64,000 nucleotides of DNA from Sphingomonas sp. 32-66-10 (lineage in GTDB: Bacteria > Pseudomonadota > Alphaproteobacteria > Sphingomonadales > Sphingomonadaceae): NCBI GenBank assembly GCA_002280565.1, contig NCEF01000007.1, positions 16,138 through 80,137 of the forward strand, in the 5' to 3' direction. Made by a program: the position numbers and the translations under genes. Below are positions 42,742 through 52,590 of this stretch, piece by piece. The stretch's first letter is position 1. Each line of letters begins with the position of its first letter. Under the pieces are notes generated by a model, which was not told where the DNA came from, did not search any database, and saw only the letters and a list, made by a program, of their open reading frames with translations.

Positions 42742-43310
42742 CGCGTCACCGTCCCGATCCGGCGGATCTTACGCTGGAGCTGCATCACACCGTACAGCAG
42801 CGCCTCGGCAGTCGGGGGACAGCCCGGGACATAGATGTCCACGGGCACGATCCGGTCGCAACCGCGCACGACACTGTAGCTATAATGGTAATAGCCGCCG
42901 CCATTGGCGCAGCTGCCCATCGAGATGACGTATTTCGGCTCCGACATCTGGTCATAGACACGGCGCAGTGCCGGGGCCATCTTGTTGCAGAGCGTGCCCG
43001 CGACGATCATCACGTCCGACTGGCGCGGAGATGCGCGCGGGGCGGCGCCGAACCGCTCCATGTCATAGCGCGGCATGTTGACGTGGATCATCTCGACCGC
43101 GCAGCACGCGAGGCCGAAGGTCATCCACCACAGCGATCCGGTGCGCGCCCAGGTGAACAGATCCTCGGTCGAGGTAACGAGGAAACCCTTGTCGTTCAGC
43201 TCGCCATTGAGGTCGTTGAAGAACGACTGATCGGGCTGGATGACGGGGTTCGCGCCCATCGGCTGACCCTGGGCATTGAGGATCGGAGACGTCGTATTCA
43301 TCTGGCTCAT
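42738..43310 (-). CDS. nuoB: NADH-quinone oxidoreductase subunit B
   Basis: [27 protein letters not shown]. Confidence 0.98.
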   Translation of the reverse strand: MSQMNTTSPILNAQGQPMGANPVIQPDQSFFNDLNGELNDKGFLVTSTEDLFTWARTGSLWWMTFGLACCAVEMIHVNMPRYDMERFGAAPRASPRQSDVMIVAGTLCNKMAPALRRVYDQMSEPKYVISMGSCANGGGYYHYSYSVVRGCDRIVPVDIYVPGCPPTAEALLYGVMQLQRKIRRIGTVTR

Positions 43311-43681
43311 TCCCAATCCAGCGCGCCGACCTTCCACGCATAGGCAAGGCCCAGCGCGAGTTCGGCGATGAAGATCATCATGCTGATCCACGCGGCCCAG
43401 CCCAGGTCGAATACGGTGACCGCCCAGGGGAACAGGAACGCCGCTTCAAGATCGAAGATGATGAAGAGGATCGCGACGAGGTAGAAGCGCACATCGAACT
43501 GGCTGCGCGAATCCTCGAACGCGGGGAAGCCGCATTCATATTCGGTGAGCTTCTCGGGCGTCGGCTGATGCGCGCCGGTGAAGCGGGCCGCGATCATGGG
43601 CAGGAAGACAAAGGCACTCGAAAGCACCAGCGCCACCCCCAGGAACAGCAGGATCGGCAGATATTCGATAAGGTCGACCAA
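43307..43681 (-). CDS. nuoA: NADH-quinone oxidoreductase subunit A
   Basis: [26 protein letters not shown]; TTG start. Confidence 0.97.
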   Translation of the reverse strand: MVDLIEYLPILLFLGVALVLSSAFVFLPMIAARFTGAHQPTPEKLTEYECGFPAFEDSRSQFDVRFYLVAILFIIFDLEAAFLFPWAVTVFDLGWAAWISMMIFIAELALGLAYAWKVGALDWE

Positions 43682-43803
43682 GACGGTCCCTCGCAGTTGC
43701 GGAATCTACCGGTCGCTTTAGGCCGATGGCAGGGGGGCATCAAGGGCGGAAACCGGTGAGAATCACTCGCAACTGACAAGCATACGGCAGGCACAACCGG
43801 ATA

Positions 43804-43901
43804 CCCCCCTCCCGCTTGGGGGAGGGGTCGGGGGACGGCATGTCACAGGCGATATCGCGGAGGACAGGCCCTCCCCTAGCCCCTCCCGCATGCGGGAGGG
43901 G
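43804..43901. repeat. CCCCTCCCGC-type paired palindrome, copy 1
   Basis: CCCCTCCCGCTTGGGGGAGGGG...GACAGGCCCTCCCCTAGCCCCTCCCGCATGCGGGAGGGG. Confidence 0.85.
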
Positions 43902-43916
43902 AATTTGCCTCAACCG

Positions 43917-44732
43917 TTACCGCAACGATCCGGCGAGCAGCTTGTGCAGCTTGGAATGAATCGCGTCGTTCGCGGCGAGAATTTCGCCCTTGGCATGCGC
44001 GTTGTCGGTGCCGCGGAAGTCGGTGACGAATCCGCCCGCTTCCTTGACCAGCAGGATGCCCGCCGCGGTGTCCCACGGCTTGAGGCCGCTTTCCCAGAAG
44101 CCGTCATAGCGGCCCGCCGCGACCCAGGCGAGGTCGAGCGCGGCCGAACCGAAGCGGCGGATGCCGGCGACTTCGGGCGCGACCGCACCGAAAATGCGGC
44201 TCCATTCGGCGAAATTGCCATGGCCCATGAACGGGATGCCGGTGGCGATCAGCGTGTCGGCAAGATCGCGGCGCGACGAGACGCGCAGCCGCTGATCCTG
44301 AACCCATGCGCCGCGGCCCTTTTCGGCCCAGAAGCTCTCATCGGTGATCGGCTGATAGACATAGCCATGGGTGATTTCGGGCTTCCCCTGGCTGCCATGC
44401 GGATCCTCGACCGCGATCGACATGCAGAAATGCGGGATCCCGTGGAGGAAGTTGGTGGTGCCGTCGAGCGGATCGATGATCCAGCGCGGCTTGTCGGGGT
44501 CGCCCGCGATCTGCCCGCGCTCCTCGACCAGGAAGCCCCAATCGGGCCGCGCCTTGCGCAGTTCCTCGATCAGCGTGTCTTCGGCGCGCTTGTCGGCCAT
44601 CGACACGAAATCCGCCGGCCCCTTGCGGCTGACCTGCAGCTGCTGGACTTCGTTGAAGTCACGCCGCAACCGCGGCCCCGCCTTGCGCGCGGCACGCTCG
44701 ATAACGGTGATGAGGCCGGAATGGGAAACCAT
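43917..44732 (-). CDS. suhB: Inositol monophosphatase family protein
   Basis: WIIDPLDGTTNFLHG, RRFGSAALDLAWVAAG, WDTAAG. Confidence 0.93.
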   Translation of the reverse strand: MVSHSGLITVIERAARKAGPRLRRDFNEVQQLQVSRKGPADFVSMADKRAEDTLIEELRKARPDWGFLVEERGQIAGDPDKPRWIIDPLDGTTNFLHGIPHFCMSIAVEDPHGSQGKPEITHGYVYQPITDESFWAEKGRGAWVQDQRLRVSSRRDLADTLIATGIPFMGHGNFAEWSRIFGAVAPEVAGIRRFGSAALDLAWVAAGRYDGFWESGLKPWDTAAGILLVKEAGGFVTDFRGTDNAHAKGEILAANDAIHSKLHKLLAGSLR

Positions 44733-44742
44733 TACTTCTTCT

Positions 44743-44851
44743 CCCCCCTCCCGCGTGCGGGAGGGGTTGGGGGAGGGCCTGTCAGCAATCAGCGGAGGGT
44801 CGTGAGGCCACGAACACGCCCTCCCCTAGCCCCTCCCGCAAGCGGGAGGGG
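44743..44851. repeat. CCCCTCCCGC-type paired palindrome, copy 2
   Basis: CCCCTCCCGCGTGCGGGAGGGGTTGGGGGAGGGC...GCCCTCCCCTAGCCCCTCCCGCAAGCGGGAGGGG. Confidence 0.88.
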
Positions 44852-44857
44852 AACCCG

Positions 44858-45424
44858 TCAATCCGCCCGGCGGACGTAGGTCTGCTCATACACATCGACC
44901 ACGATGCGCGTGCCGCTGGCAATGTGCGGCGGGACCATGATGCGGACGCCATTGTCGAGGATCGCGGGCTTGTAGGACGACGATGCCGTCTGCCCCTTCA
45001 CCACCGCGTCGGCCTCGACGATCGTTGCTTCGATCGTGTCGGGCAACTGAACGCTGATCGCTTCCTCGTCGTACAGCTCCATGACAACATCCATGCCGTC
45101 CTGAAGAAACGCCGCGGCATCGCCCAGCAGGTCGCGGGGCAGCGAGGTCTGATCATAGGTTTCCTTGTCCATGAACACGAGCATGTCGCCTTCAGGGTAC
45201 AGGAACTGGAAATCCTTGGTGTCGAGACGGATACGCTCGACCGTTTCGGCCGAGCGGAAGCGCACGTTGTTCTTGCGGCCGTCGCGGAGATTTTTCATCT
45301 CCACCTGCATATAGGCGCCGCCCTTGCCCGGCTGGGTGTGCTGGATCTTGACCGCGCGCCAGATGCCGCCTTCATATTCGATGATGTTGCCGACAGGCGC
45401 GGCCCATAGGCTCCGGTCCCTCAA
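44858..45424 (-). CDS. efp: Elongation factor P with an aberrant N-terminus (native start apparently missing)
   Basis: GNIIEYEGG...TQPGKGGAY...YKPAILDNG...YVRRAD; the only sensible in-frame start is a TTG overlapping the M23 stop. Confidence 0.85.
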   Translation of the reverse strand: MRDRSLWAAPVGNIIEYEGGIWRAVKIQHTQPGKGGAYMQVEMKNLRDGRKNNVRFRSAETVERIRLDTKDFQFLYPEGDMLVFMDKETYDQTSLPRDLLGDAAAFLQDGMDVVMELYDEEAISVQLPDTIEATIVEADAVVKGQTASSSYKPAILDNGVRIMVPPHIASGTRIVVDVYEQTYVRRAD

Positions 45425-46005
45425 AAGGCAAGCAGCGGATAGGGATCCACTGGCGTGCCCTGATGCCAGCGCTCGCCGGGCGCCATGCGCGACACGCCGA
45501 AATGGAGGTGGAAGTTTCCTACTCCCGAATTGCCGGTGTCACCGACATAGCCGAGCGTTTCGCCTGCCCGCAGCACCGTGCCCTCCGCGATCCCGGGCGC
45601 GTAGCCCGCGAGATGGGCGTAGTAATAGAGCCACCCGCCGTCGGTGGAACGCTGGTAGAGTGTGATGCCCCCGCCCCCCTTCGAATAGAACAGCTTTTCC
45701 ACCCGCCCGTCTGCGGCCGCAATCACCGGCGTATTGGCGGGCGCGATGATGTCGAGCCCTTGATGCAACCGCGTCCCATCACCGCGCGCTTCACCCCAGT
45801 TGCTGCGCAGCGTTTCGGCGCGCACGCCCTGCACCGGAACGACCAGCCGACCGCGCGGCGGCACCGGCATGCTGGCAGAAGCAACGGGCGTCGGCTGCGC
45901 GGTGGCGGAACTCGGCTCGACTATCCGGATCGTCGCGGCGAGGAACGCGACGACCGCAACCGCGCAGCCGCCTACCACCCACAACACGACCCGCAGCCGG
46001 CTCAT
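45421..46005 (-). CDS. M23 family peptidase
   Basis: [34 protein letters not shown]; N-terminal TM. Confidence 0.92.
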   Translation of the reverse strand: MSRLRVVLWVVGGCAVAVVAFLAATIRIVEPSSATAQPTPVASASMPVPPRGRLVVPVQGVRAETLRSNWGEARGDGTRLHQGLDIIAPANTPVIAAADGRVEKLFYSKGGGGITLYQRSTDGGWLYYYAHLAGYAPGIAEGTVLRAGETLGYVGDTGNSGVGNFHLHFGVSRMAPGERWHQGTPVDPYPLLAF

Positions 46006-47030
46006 TCCTGGAAGATCACCGGCGTGCCCGGCGACACCATCAGTGCCAGTCGCGCCGCGTCCCAATTGGTCAGGCGGATGCAGCCATGGCTCTCGCTCCG
46101 TCCGATCAGGTGCGGTTCGGGCGTGCCATGGATGCCGTAATACTCCTTGCTCAGGTCGATCCATACCACGCCGACCGGGCTGTTCGGGCCAGGCGGCAGC
46201 AGTGCATCGGGCTTTTTGTCGCTGACGTCCCAGAACAGCTTCGGATTATAGTGAAATTCGGGATTGGTCGCGACGCCATTGACCTTCCAGCTGCCGATCG
46301 GCAGCGGGTCGCGCTTGCTGCCTGTGGTCACGTTGAACTACGCGGCGAGCATCCCCTTGCCGTCGAACACGCGCAGCACCTTGTCCGACTTGTCGACGAC
46401 GATGCGGTTCGCCTTGGGCTGGACCGCGTTGACGTTGAGGTCGGTCAGCGTCTTGCGCCATTCCGGCTTCATATCGGCTGGAAAGGCCTGCGACGCCGGG
46501 ATCGCGTTGGGGAACTCGACCGGAACTCCGGGCGCCAGACGGGTGTCAGGACTGTTCAGCTCGATCAGCACTTGCGGCGTTGTATGAAACATTTCCGCCA
46601 GTTTCTCGAGCGCGCTGCGATAACCCATCGTCTTGAGCTTCGCCTGCGCCTGCGCGTCGCGCGGCCAGGGACGGATGAACGGCCCCGCGAGCATCTCGGA
46701 CGTCAGCCGGACAATCCGGGTCGGGCGGATCGCGCGATGTGCGTGCAGCGCCTGCAACGTGCGTGCATCGGTCTTGCCGGTCACCGGGATCTGCCGCGTG
46801 ATCTGGAATGCCTTGAGCGCAGCGGTCAATCCTGGCCCCTCACGCCCGTCCAGCGGCCCGGGCGGAAAGCCGAGATGGTCGAGGATGACCTGGACATGCA
46901 GGATGTCGCGGCTGAGCGCTGGTTTGGCAGGAGCCGTCTTTGGCGCAGCGCCATTCTGCGCCTGAACCGCCACCGCGCCACCCGTCGCGATCCCAACCGC
47001 CGCGATCAATCCTGCAACACCCTTACGCAC
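46002..47030 (-). pseudogene. L,D-transpeptidase with peptidoglycan-binding domain, in-frame TAG at 46338-46340
   Basis: IVVDKSDKVLRVFDGKGMLAA-stop-FNVTTGS...PGPNSPVG...YGIHGT...SHGCIRLTNWD, all in one frame. Confidence 0.88.
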
Positions 47031-47069
47031 GCATATCCTCCGTCTCGTTACAGCGGGATAACGAGGCAA

Positions 47070-47094
47070 CACCGGCGCGGTTGCATCAATAGCG
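47070..47094 (-). promoter_or_regulatory. Candidate EcfG/SigT promoter of the L,D-transpeptidase-M23 operon
   Basis: GCAAC-N16-CGTT, 40 nt upstream of the start. Confidence 0.6.
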
Positions 47095-47493
47095 GTTGCG
47101 CAACCGATCGACCGTCGCAGCGGGATGCGCCTCCCCATCCGCGCGCACCTCGACCTCGATCGCGGCGCGGATCGCCTCGATCTCGGTATCGCTGCGATGT
47201 TCGATGCCGATAAACTCGTTGCGCGCGCCCTCCATCGCCCGGATCAGCTCGTCAAGCTTGGCCTGCAGCGCCGCCGCGTCGCGATTTTGCGAGTTCTGGA
47301 TCAGGAACACCATCAGGAAGGTGACGATGGTGGTCGATGTGTTCACGATCAGCTGCCACGTGTCCGAAAAGCCGAACACCGGGCCCGTCAGGCCCCAGCC
47401 GATGATCAGCAGCACCGCAACGATGAACGCCACCGGCTGTCCCGCCAGCGCGGCGATGCGCCCGGCGACGATCGTGAACACCCGGTCGAGCAT
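47086..47493 (-). CDS. Low-affinity iron permease-family small membrane protein
   Basis: FSDTWQLIVNTSTTIVTFLMVFLIQNSQNRD...QAKLDELI. Confidence 0.9.
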   Translation of the reverse strand: MLDRVFTIVAGRIAALAGQPVAFIVAVLLIIGWGLTGPVFGFSDTWQLIVNTSTTIVTFLMVFLIQNSQNRDAAALQAKLDELIRAMEGARNEFIGIEHRSDTEIEAIRAAIEVEVRADGEAHPAATVDRLRNRY

Positions 47494-47511
47494 CTGAGCT
47501 TTCCCCGTCGA

Positions 47512-48201
47512 TCAGCGTGCTGCGTTCAGCACGGCATCGAACGCGCGCACCGCTTCCGCCGCGTCCCCGCCCCAAACTGCGCCCGACACCGCAATAAAGT
47601 CGGCACCGGCGCTCACCAGCGGCGCGGCATTGTCCGGCGTGATCCCGCCGATCGCGACGCACGGAATTTCGAACACCGTCGTCCACCACGACAGGATCGC
47701 GGGATCGGGACGATGCGTCGTCGCCTTGGTCGTGGTCGGGTAAAAGGCGCCGAACGCGACATAATCCGCACCCGCCTCGCCCGCTTCCATCGCCAGATGG
47801 CGGCTGTCATGGCACGTCACGCCGATCTGCGCCGCCGGGCCGAGCACGCTACGCGCCTCACGTGGGTCGCCATCGCCCTGCCCCAGATGCACGCCATCCG
47901 CGCCCAGCCTTTTGGCCAGCGCGATGCTGTCATTGACGATGAACGCGACCTCGCGGTCGGCACAGATGCGCAGCAGCGGTTCAGCCAGCCGCGCCGCCTG
48001 ATGCTGGTCGATATCCTTGACGCGGAACTGGAACGCCGCGACGGGCCCGGCGTCGAGCGCGCGGGCGAGGCGGTCGGGGAAATCGCCCTCCACCTCGAGT
48101 GGCGAGATCAGGTAGAGCTGGCAGGGCGGGCGGCTGTCATCGCGCTTGAATTGCGCAGCGAATTCGGGGCCGAGCGGCGGCAGGTCATCTTCATCGATCA
48201 T
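47512..48201 (-). CDS. thiE: Thiamine-phosphate synthase
   Basis: [32 protein letters not shown]. Confidence 0.92.
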   Translation of the reverse strand: MIDEDDLPPLGPEFAAQFKRDDSRPPCQLYLISPLEVEGDFPDRLARALDAGPVAAFQFRVKDIDQHQAARLAEPLLRICADREVAFIVNDSIALAKRLGADGVHLGQGDGDPREARSVLGPAAQIGVTCHDSRHLAMEAGEAGADYVAFGAFYPTTTKATTHRPDPAILSWWTTVFEIPCVAIGGITPDNAAPLVSAGADFIAVSGAVWGGDAAEAVRAFDAVLNAAR

Positions 48202-48279
48202 GTCGCGCTGATAGAGCCTTGCTGCCTGGACCGGAAGCGGTTCATTGCGCGGTCAGCCTCAACCGCGCAGGCTTGCGCC

Positions 48280-48645
48280 ATGATCTGCTCGATGATTGCA
48301 CCCGCCTTGCTCGCCGCTGCCTGTGCCGAGCTTCCGCCGCAGCCGGTGACGGCCGGAGTTCGCCTGCATCACTGGACGCGGACCGGTCCGCTGCGGCTGC
48401 GCGCCGACAAGGTCGTCGAGGACAGCCGCTGTCCGATGAATGCGCGGTGCATCCATGCCGGGCGGGCGATCGTCCGGGTGACGATCCGCGATGGTCGCAA
48501 GCCCCGATCGCTGGACCTGACGCTGGGCGAGCCGGCCCGGGTCGGCGGGTGGACGGTGACGCTGGTCGCGGTGTCGCCGGAGAAGATGGCGGGCCAGCAG
48601 CGGCCGCCCGCCCCCTATCGCTTCGCCTTTCAGGTCAGCCGTTAG
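48280..48645 (+). CDS. Small lipoprotein with SRCP..C motif
   Basis: LLAAAC lipobox, VVEDSRCPMNARCIHAG; fills the thiE-fba gap. Confidence 0.7.
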   Translation: MICSMIAPALLAAACAELPPQPVTAGVRLHHWTRTGPLRLRADKVVEDSRCPMNARCIHAGRAIVRVTIRDGRKPRSLDLTLGEPARVGGWTVTLVAVSPEKMAGQQRPPAPYRFAFQVSR

Positions 48646-49544
48646 GCGGTCACCGTCTTGCGCGTCGAGGCGCCGTGGATGTCATCGATCGCCGCGCCCA
48701 ACGACGCGTCGAATTCGTCGGCCGTCATGCCGTGGCGCAGATCTTCGAGCAGCGCGCGGCTGAAGCTGGCGATCATGCCGCGGTTCCGGGCCAGCTCGGC
48801 ACAGGCTTCGGGGCGCTTGAAGCCACCGGACAGTGCCACCACGCGCAGCACCTTGGGATGATCGACCAGCGGGTCGAACAGGCCGGGGGTCGCGGGGATC
48901 GACAGTTTCAGCATCACCTGCTGCCCCTCGGGCAGGGCGTCGAGCGCCTTGAGGATCTCGTCACGCAGGATTGCGTCGGCCTCGGCGCGTTCGGGCGACT
49001 TGATGTTCACCTCAGGCTCGATGATCGGCATCATGCCGTGGCCGATCACCTGCGCGCCGATCTCGAACTGCTGCTTCACCACCGCCGCAATGCCCTCGGC
49101 ATTGGCGAGGTTGACGACCGAGCGCTCCTTGGTGCCGAACACGCCAAGGCCCTTTGCCTTGGTCAGCAGCGCGTCAAGATCGGGCATCGGCTTCATCAAC
49201 TGAACGCCGCTTTCTTCGGCCTCCAGGCCCTTGTCGATCTTGATGAAGGGGACCACGCCGCGCTCGATCAGCGCCGCCGGGGTCGGCTTGCCATCGACCT
49301 GTCCGTCCATCGTGCGTTCGAACAGGATCGCGCCGATCACCTTTTCGCCGCTGAAGCAGGGCGAGGTGATAATGCGGCTGCGCATCGCGTGGATCAGGCC
49401 GAACATCTCTTCATCGGTCGACCAGGCATCATCGGCGACGCCATAGCCGGCCAGCGCCTTGGGCGTCGAACCGCCGGACTGGTCGAGCGCGGCGATAAAG
49501 CCGTTACCTTCGGCGATCTTGGCGGTCATTTCGGCGGTGTTCAT
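48642..49544 (-). CDS. Fructose-bisphosphate aldolase class I
   Basis: FIAALDQSGGSTPKAL, ILFE, GTKERS, IIEPEV, MLKL, ALSGG. Confidence 0.95.
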   Translation of the reverse strand: MNTAEMTAKIAEGNGFIAALDQSGGSTPKALAGYGVADDAWSTDEEMFGLIHAMRSRIITSPCFSGEKVIGAILFERTMDGQVDGKPTPAALIERGVVPFIKIDKGLEAEESGVQLMKPMPDLDALLTKAKGLGVFGTKERSVVNLANAEGIAAVVKQQFEIGAQVIGHGMMPIIEPEVNIKSPERAEADAILRDEILKALDALPEGQQVMLKLSIPATPGLFDPLVDHPKVLRVVALSGGFKRPEACAELARNRGMIASFSRALLEDLRHGMTADEFDASLGAAIDDIHGASTRKTVTA

Positions 49545-49645
49545 GGTCACAGTCCCTGTTCCGACACTTTGTTGCGCGGCCTATTGCAGCGCGACAAGCG
49601 GCTGAAAAGCCTGACAACGATAGCCAACCCGCGGAAAAATCGCGG

Positions 49646-50836
49646 TCAGCGCGTCAGTGCCGCCACGCCGGGCAGTTCCTTGCCCTCCATCCATTCGAGG
49701 AACGCGCCGCCGGCGGTGGAGACGAAGCTCATATCGCCCGCGACGCCGGCCTGGTTGAGTGCGGCGACGGTGTCTCCACCGCCGGCAACCGAGACCAAAG
49801 AGCCTTCCTTGGTCAGCGCGGCGACGGTGTGGGCGAGTGCCATGGTGGCGGTGTCGAACGGCTTGGTTTCGAACGCGCCGAGCGGGCCATTCCAGACAAG
49901 GGTACGGCAGTTCTTGAGCACATCCGCCAGCGCCTCGCTCGCCGCCGGGCCGATGTCGAGGATCATCTCGTCGGCGGCGACTTCATGGACGTTGCACGTG
50001 CGCAAGCTGGGCGGGTTGGCGGCAAATTCCTTGGACACCACCACATCATAGGGCAGGTGGATCGTGCAGTTCGCCTTGTCCGCCGCGTCGAAGATTTCCT
50101 CGGCAGTGCCGGTCAGGTCATGCTCGCACAGCGACTTGCCGACATCGACGCCGCGCGCGGCGAGGAAGGTGTTGGCCATGCCGCCGCCGATGATCAGGTG
50201 GTCGACCTTGCCGACCATCGCTTTCAACACATCGAGCTTGGTCGACACCTTGGCGCCGCCGACGACCGCCGCAACGGGGTGGTCGGGATTACCCAAAGCC
50301 TTGTCGAGCGCGTCGAGCTCGGCCTCCATCTGCCGACCGGCGAATGCGGGCAGCCGGTGCGCCAGCCCCTCGGTCGAGGCATGGGCACGGTGCGCGGCGG
50401 AGAAGGCGTCGTTGACATAGAGGTCGCCGAGTGCGGCGAAACGGTCGACCGTCGCGGGATCGTTCTTTTCCTCACCGCCAAAGAAACGGGTGTTTTCGAG
50501 CAGCCCGATATCGCCGGGCTGAAGCGTCGCGACCGACTCGGCGTCGCCCTCCCAGTCGATGTAGCGGACCTCGCGGCCGAGGACCTGGCTGAATGGCCGG
50601 GCGAGCTGCGCGGTCGAATGTTCGGGGCTCGGCACCTTGGGGCGACCGAAATGGGCGAGGATCAGGACGATCGCGCCCTTGTCGGCGAGTTCGGCGACGG
50701 TCTGTACGGCAGCGCGGAAGCGATTGTCGTCGGTGACGGCGCCGTCGGCCATCGGGACGTTCAGGTCTTCGCGCACCAGCACCCGCTTGCCGGTGATGTC
50801 GCCCATATCGTCGAGGGTCTTGAAGGCTCGGCTCAT
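49646..50836 (-). CDS. pgk: Phosphoglycerate kinase
   Basis: [37 protein letters not shown]. Confidence 0.97.
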   Translation of the reverse strand: MSRAFKTLDDMGDITGKRVLVREDLNVPMADGAVTDDNRFRAAVQTVAELADKGAIVLILAHFGRPKVPSPEHSTAQLARPFSQVLGREVRYIDWEGDAESVATLQPGDIGLLENTRFFGGEEKNDPATVDRFAALGDLYVNDAFSAAHRAHASTEGLAHRLPAFAGRQMEAELDALDKALGNPDHPVAAVVGGAKVSTKLDVLKAMVGKVDHLIIGGGMANTFLAARGVDVGKSLCEHDLTGTAEEIFDAADKANCTIHLPYDVVVSKEFAANPPSLRTCNVHEVAADEMILDIGPAASEALADVLKNCRTLVWNGPLGAFETKPFDTATMALAHTVAALTKEGSLVSVAGGGDTVAALNQAGVAGDMSFVSTAGGAFLEWMEGKELPGVAALTR

Positions 50837-51288
50837 TCTTCGATCCTGATGCTGTCGCCGACGGCGATTTCGCCGGGCTGGATTACCATGGTCAACACGC
50901 CACCGCGCCAGTCAGGCGTCAGCGCTGCCCGAAGGCCTTCAGCAAGCGCTTCCATGCGCTCGCAGGGATTGGTTTCATCGCGCACTTCGAGCACGACATC
51001 GGCTCCGATGCGCAGCCGCGCGCCGACGATCTGGGGGAGGTCGAGCCCTTCGACCAGCAGATTGGCACGGCGCTGTTCCCACGGAATCGAATGACCGACT
51101 TCGGCCATCGCCGCATCCCAGTCGCATGCCTCGATCAGGCTGACCTGACGCTTGTAGGGCTTACCCTTCATCGCGCCGCGATAGTCACCGGCGATCCCGC
51201 CTTCGAGCGTGACGGTGGCGTGGTCGACGGTTTCCATCGGCCCCTTGGGGATGGCGTGGCGGGCGATGCCTGCGATCCGACCGGTCAT
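50833..51288 (-). CDS. MOSC-domain protein
   Basis: GIAGD, RQVSLI, RRANLLV, TNPCERM, GEIAVGD. Confidence 0.85.
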   Translation of the reverse strand: MTGRIAGIARHAIPKGPMETVDHATVTLEGGIAGDYRGAMKGKPYKRQVSLIEACDWDAAMAEVGHSIPWEQRRANLLVEGLDLPQIVGARLRIGADVVLEVRDETNPCERMEALAEGLRAALTPDWRGGVLTMVIQPGEIAVGDSIRIEE

Positions 51289-51292
51289 GCGA

Positions 51293-51421
51293 TCACTCCA
51301 GTTGAGCGGGTAACGTGATACCCGTTCCTGACAAGTCTGACGTTTTCGCCATGTGTATGCGCGTGTCAGGCTGACAGTACTGGGTGTCGGTTGCGGTCGA
51401 GAGTAGGCGACGCTGCGTCAT
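51293..51421 (-). CDS. Possible 42-aa ORF between gap and MOSC
   Basis: MTQRRLLSTATDTQYCQPDTRIHMAKTSDLSGTGITLPAQLE; its end contains the GGAG RBS of MOSC; atypical codon use. Confidence 0.4.
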   Translation of the reverse strand: MTQRRLLSTATDTQYCQPDTRIHMAKTSDLSGTGITLPAQLE

Positions 51422-51490
51422 GGTTCGACCCTAACCGAAAGGGGAGACTGTAGGAAAGCGGGGGCTGACGACCCGGTGGTTCGGCGGGGT

Positions 51491-51530
51491 GACAGGCCCT
51501 CCCCCAGCCCCTCCCGCAAGCGGGAGGGGA
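51491..51530. repeat. CCCCTCCCGC-type repeat, single arm
   Basis: GACAGGCCCTCCCCCAGCCCCTCCCGCAAGCGGGAGGGGA, near-identical to the right arm of copy 1. Confidence 0.85.
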
Positions 51531-51572
51531 GCGTATCGCGCCCTACCGCTTGCGGGAGTGTCACTGCTGGGT

Positions 51573-52580
51573 TCAGCCCAGCTTGGCCATGGTGCTGGCG
51601 GTGTCGACCATGCGGTTCGAGAAGCCCCATTCATTGTCGTACCAGCTGACGACGCGGACGAGCTTGCCGTCGATCACCGCGGTTTCGAGGCTGTCGATGG
51701 TCGAGCTGGCCGGGTTGTGGACGATGTCGATCGAAACCAAAGGCTCGTCGCTGAATGCGAGCACGCCGACCAGCGGGCCGCTTTCGGCCGCCGCCTTGAG
51801 GATCGCGTTGACCTCTTCCTTGGTCGTGTCGCGCTTGGGCGTGAAGGTCAGGTCGATCAGCGAGCCGTCCGGCACGGGGACGCGGACCGACGAACCGTCG
51901 AGCTTGCCCTTGAGCTCCGGCAGCACTTCGCCCACCGCGCGCGCAGCGCCGGTGGTGGTCGGGATCATGCTCATCGCCGCAGCGCGGGCGCGGCGCATGT
52001 CCGAGTGGATCTGGTCGAGGATCTTCTGATCGTTGGTGTAGGCGTGGATCGTGGTCATCAGGCCACGCTCGATCCCGATGCTGTCGTTCAGCACCTTTGC
52101 CACCGGGGCGAGGCAGTTGGTGGTGCACGATGCGTTCGACACGATCGTGTGGCCGGCCTCAAGCTTGTCATGGTTGACGCCATAGACGACGGTCAGGTCG
52201 ACATCCTTGCCCGGGGCTGAGATCAGCACCTTCTTTGCGCCGGCATCGATATGCTTCTGGCAGCTGGCGCGGTCGGTGAAGAAGCCGGTGCATTCGAGGA
52301 CGAGATCGACGCCGTTCGCCGCATGCGGCAGGTTGGCGGGATCGCGCTCCTTGGTCACCTTGATGCGCTTGCCGTCGATGATGATGTCATCGCCGTCGGC
52401 CGACACGGTGCCAGGATATTTGCCGTGGACGCTGTCGCGGCTGAACAGCCATGCGTTCGACTTGGCATCGGCCAGATCGTTGATCGTGACCAGTTCCAGA
52501 CCGCTTTCCGGGCGCTCCAGGATCGCCCGCGCCACCAGGCGCCCAATGCGTCCGAACCCGTTGATCGCAACCTTCGTCAT
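51573..52580 (-). CDS. gap: Glyceraldehyde-3-phosphate dehydrogenase
   Basis: [30 protein letters not shown]. Confidence 0.98.
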   Translation of the reverse strand: MTKVAINGFGRIGRLVARAILERPESGLELVTINDLADAKSNAWLFSRDSVHGKYPGTVSADGDDIIIDGKRIKVTKERDPANLPHAANGVDLVLECTGFFTDRASCQKHIDAGAKKVLISAPGKDVDLTVVYGVNHDKLEAGHTIVSNASCTTNCLAPVAKVLNDSIGIERGLMTTIHAYTNDQKILDQIHSDMRRARAAAMSMIPTTTGAARAVGEVLPELKGKLDGSSVRVPVPDGSLIDLTFTPKRDTTKEEVNAILKAAAESGPLVGVLAFSDEPLVSIDIVHNPASSTIDSLETAVIDGKLVRVVSWYDNEWGFSNRMVDTASTMAKLG

Positions 52581-52590
52581 TCGTCTCTCC

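Noticed and set aside
43804-44851. CRISPR array or IS ends
   Set aside because: Repeats are inverted pairs rather than regularly spaced direct repeats; no cas or transposase gene.
46338-46340. Pyrrolysine or genome-wide amber recoding
   Set aside because: TAG is a normal stop elsewhere in the window (aroB, M14 peptidase, GAF-EAL) and no pyl genes are present.
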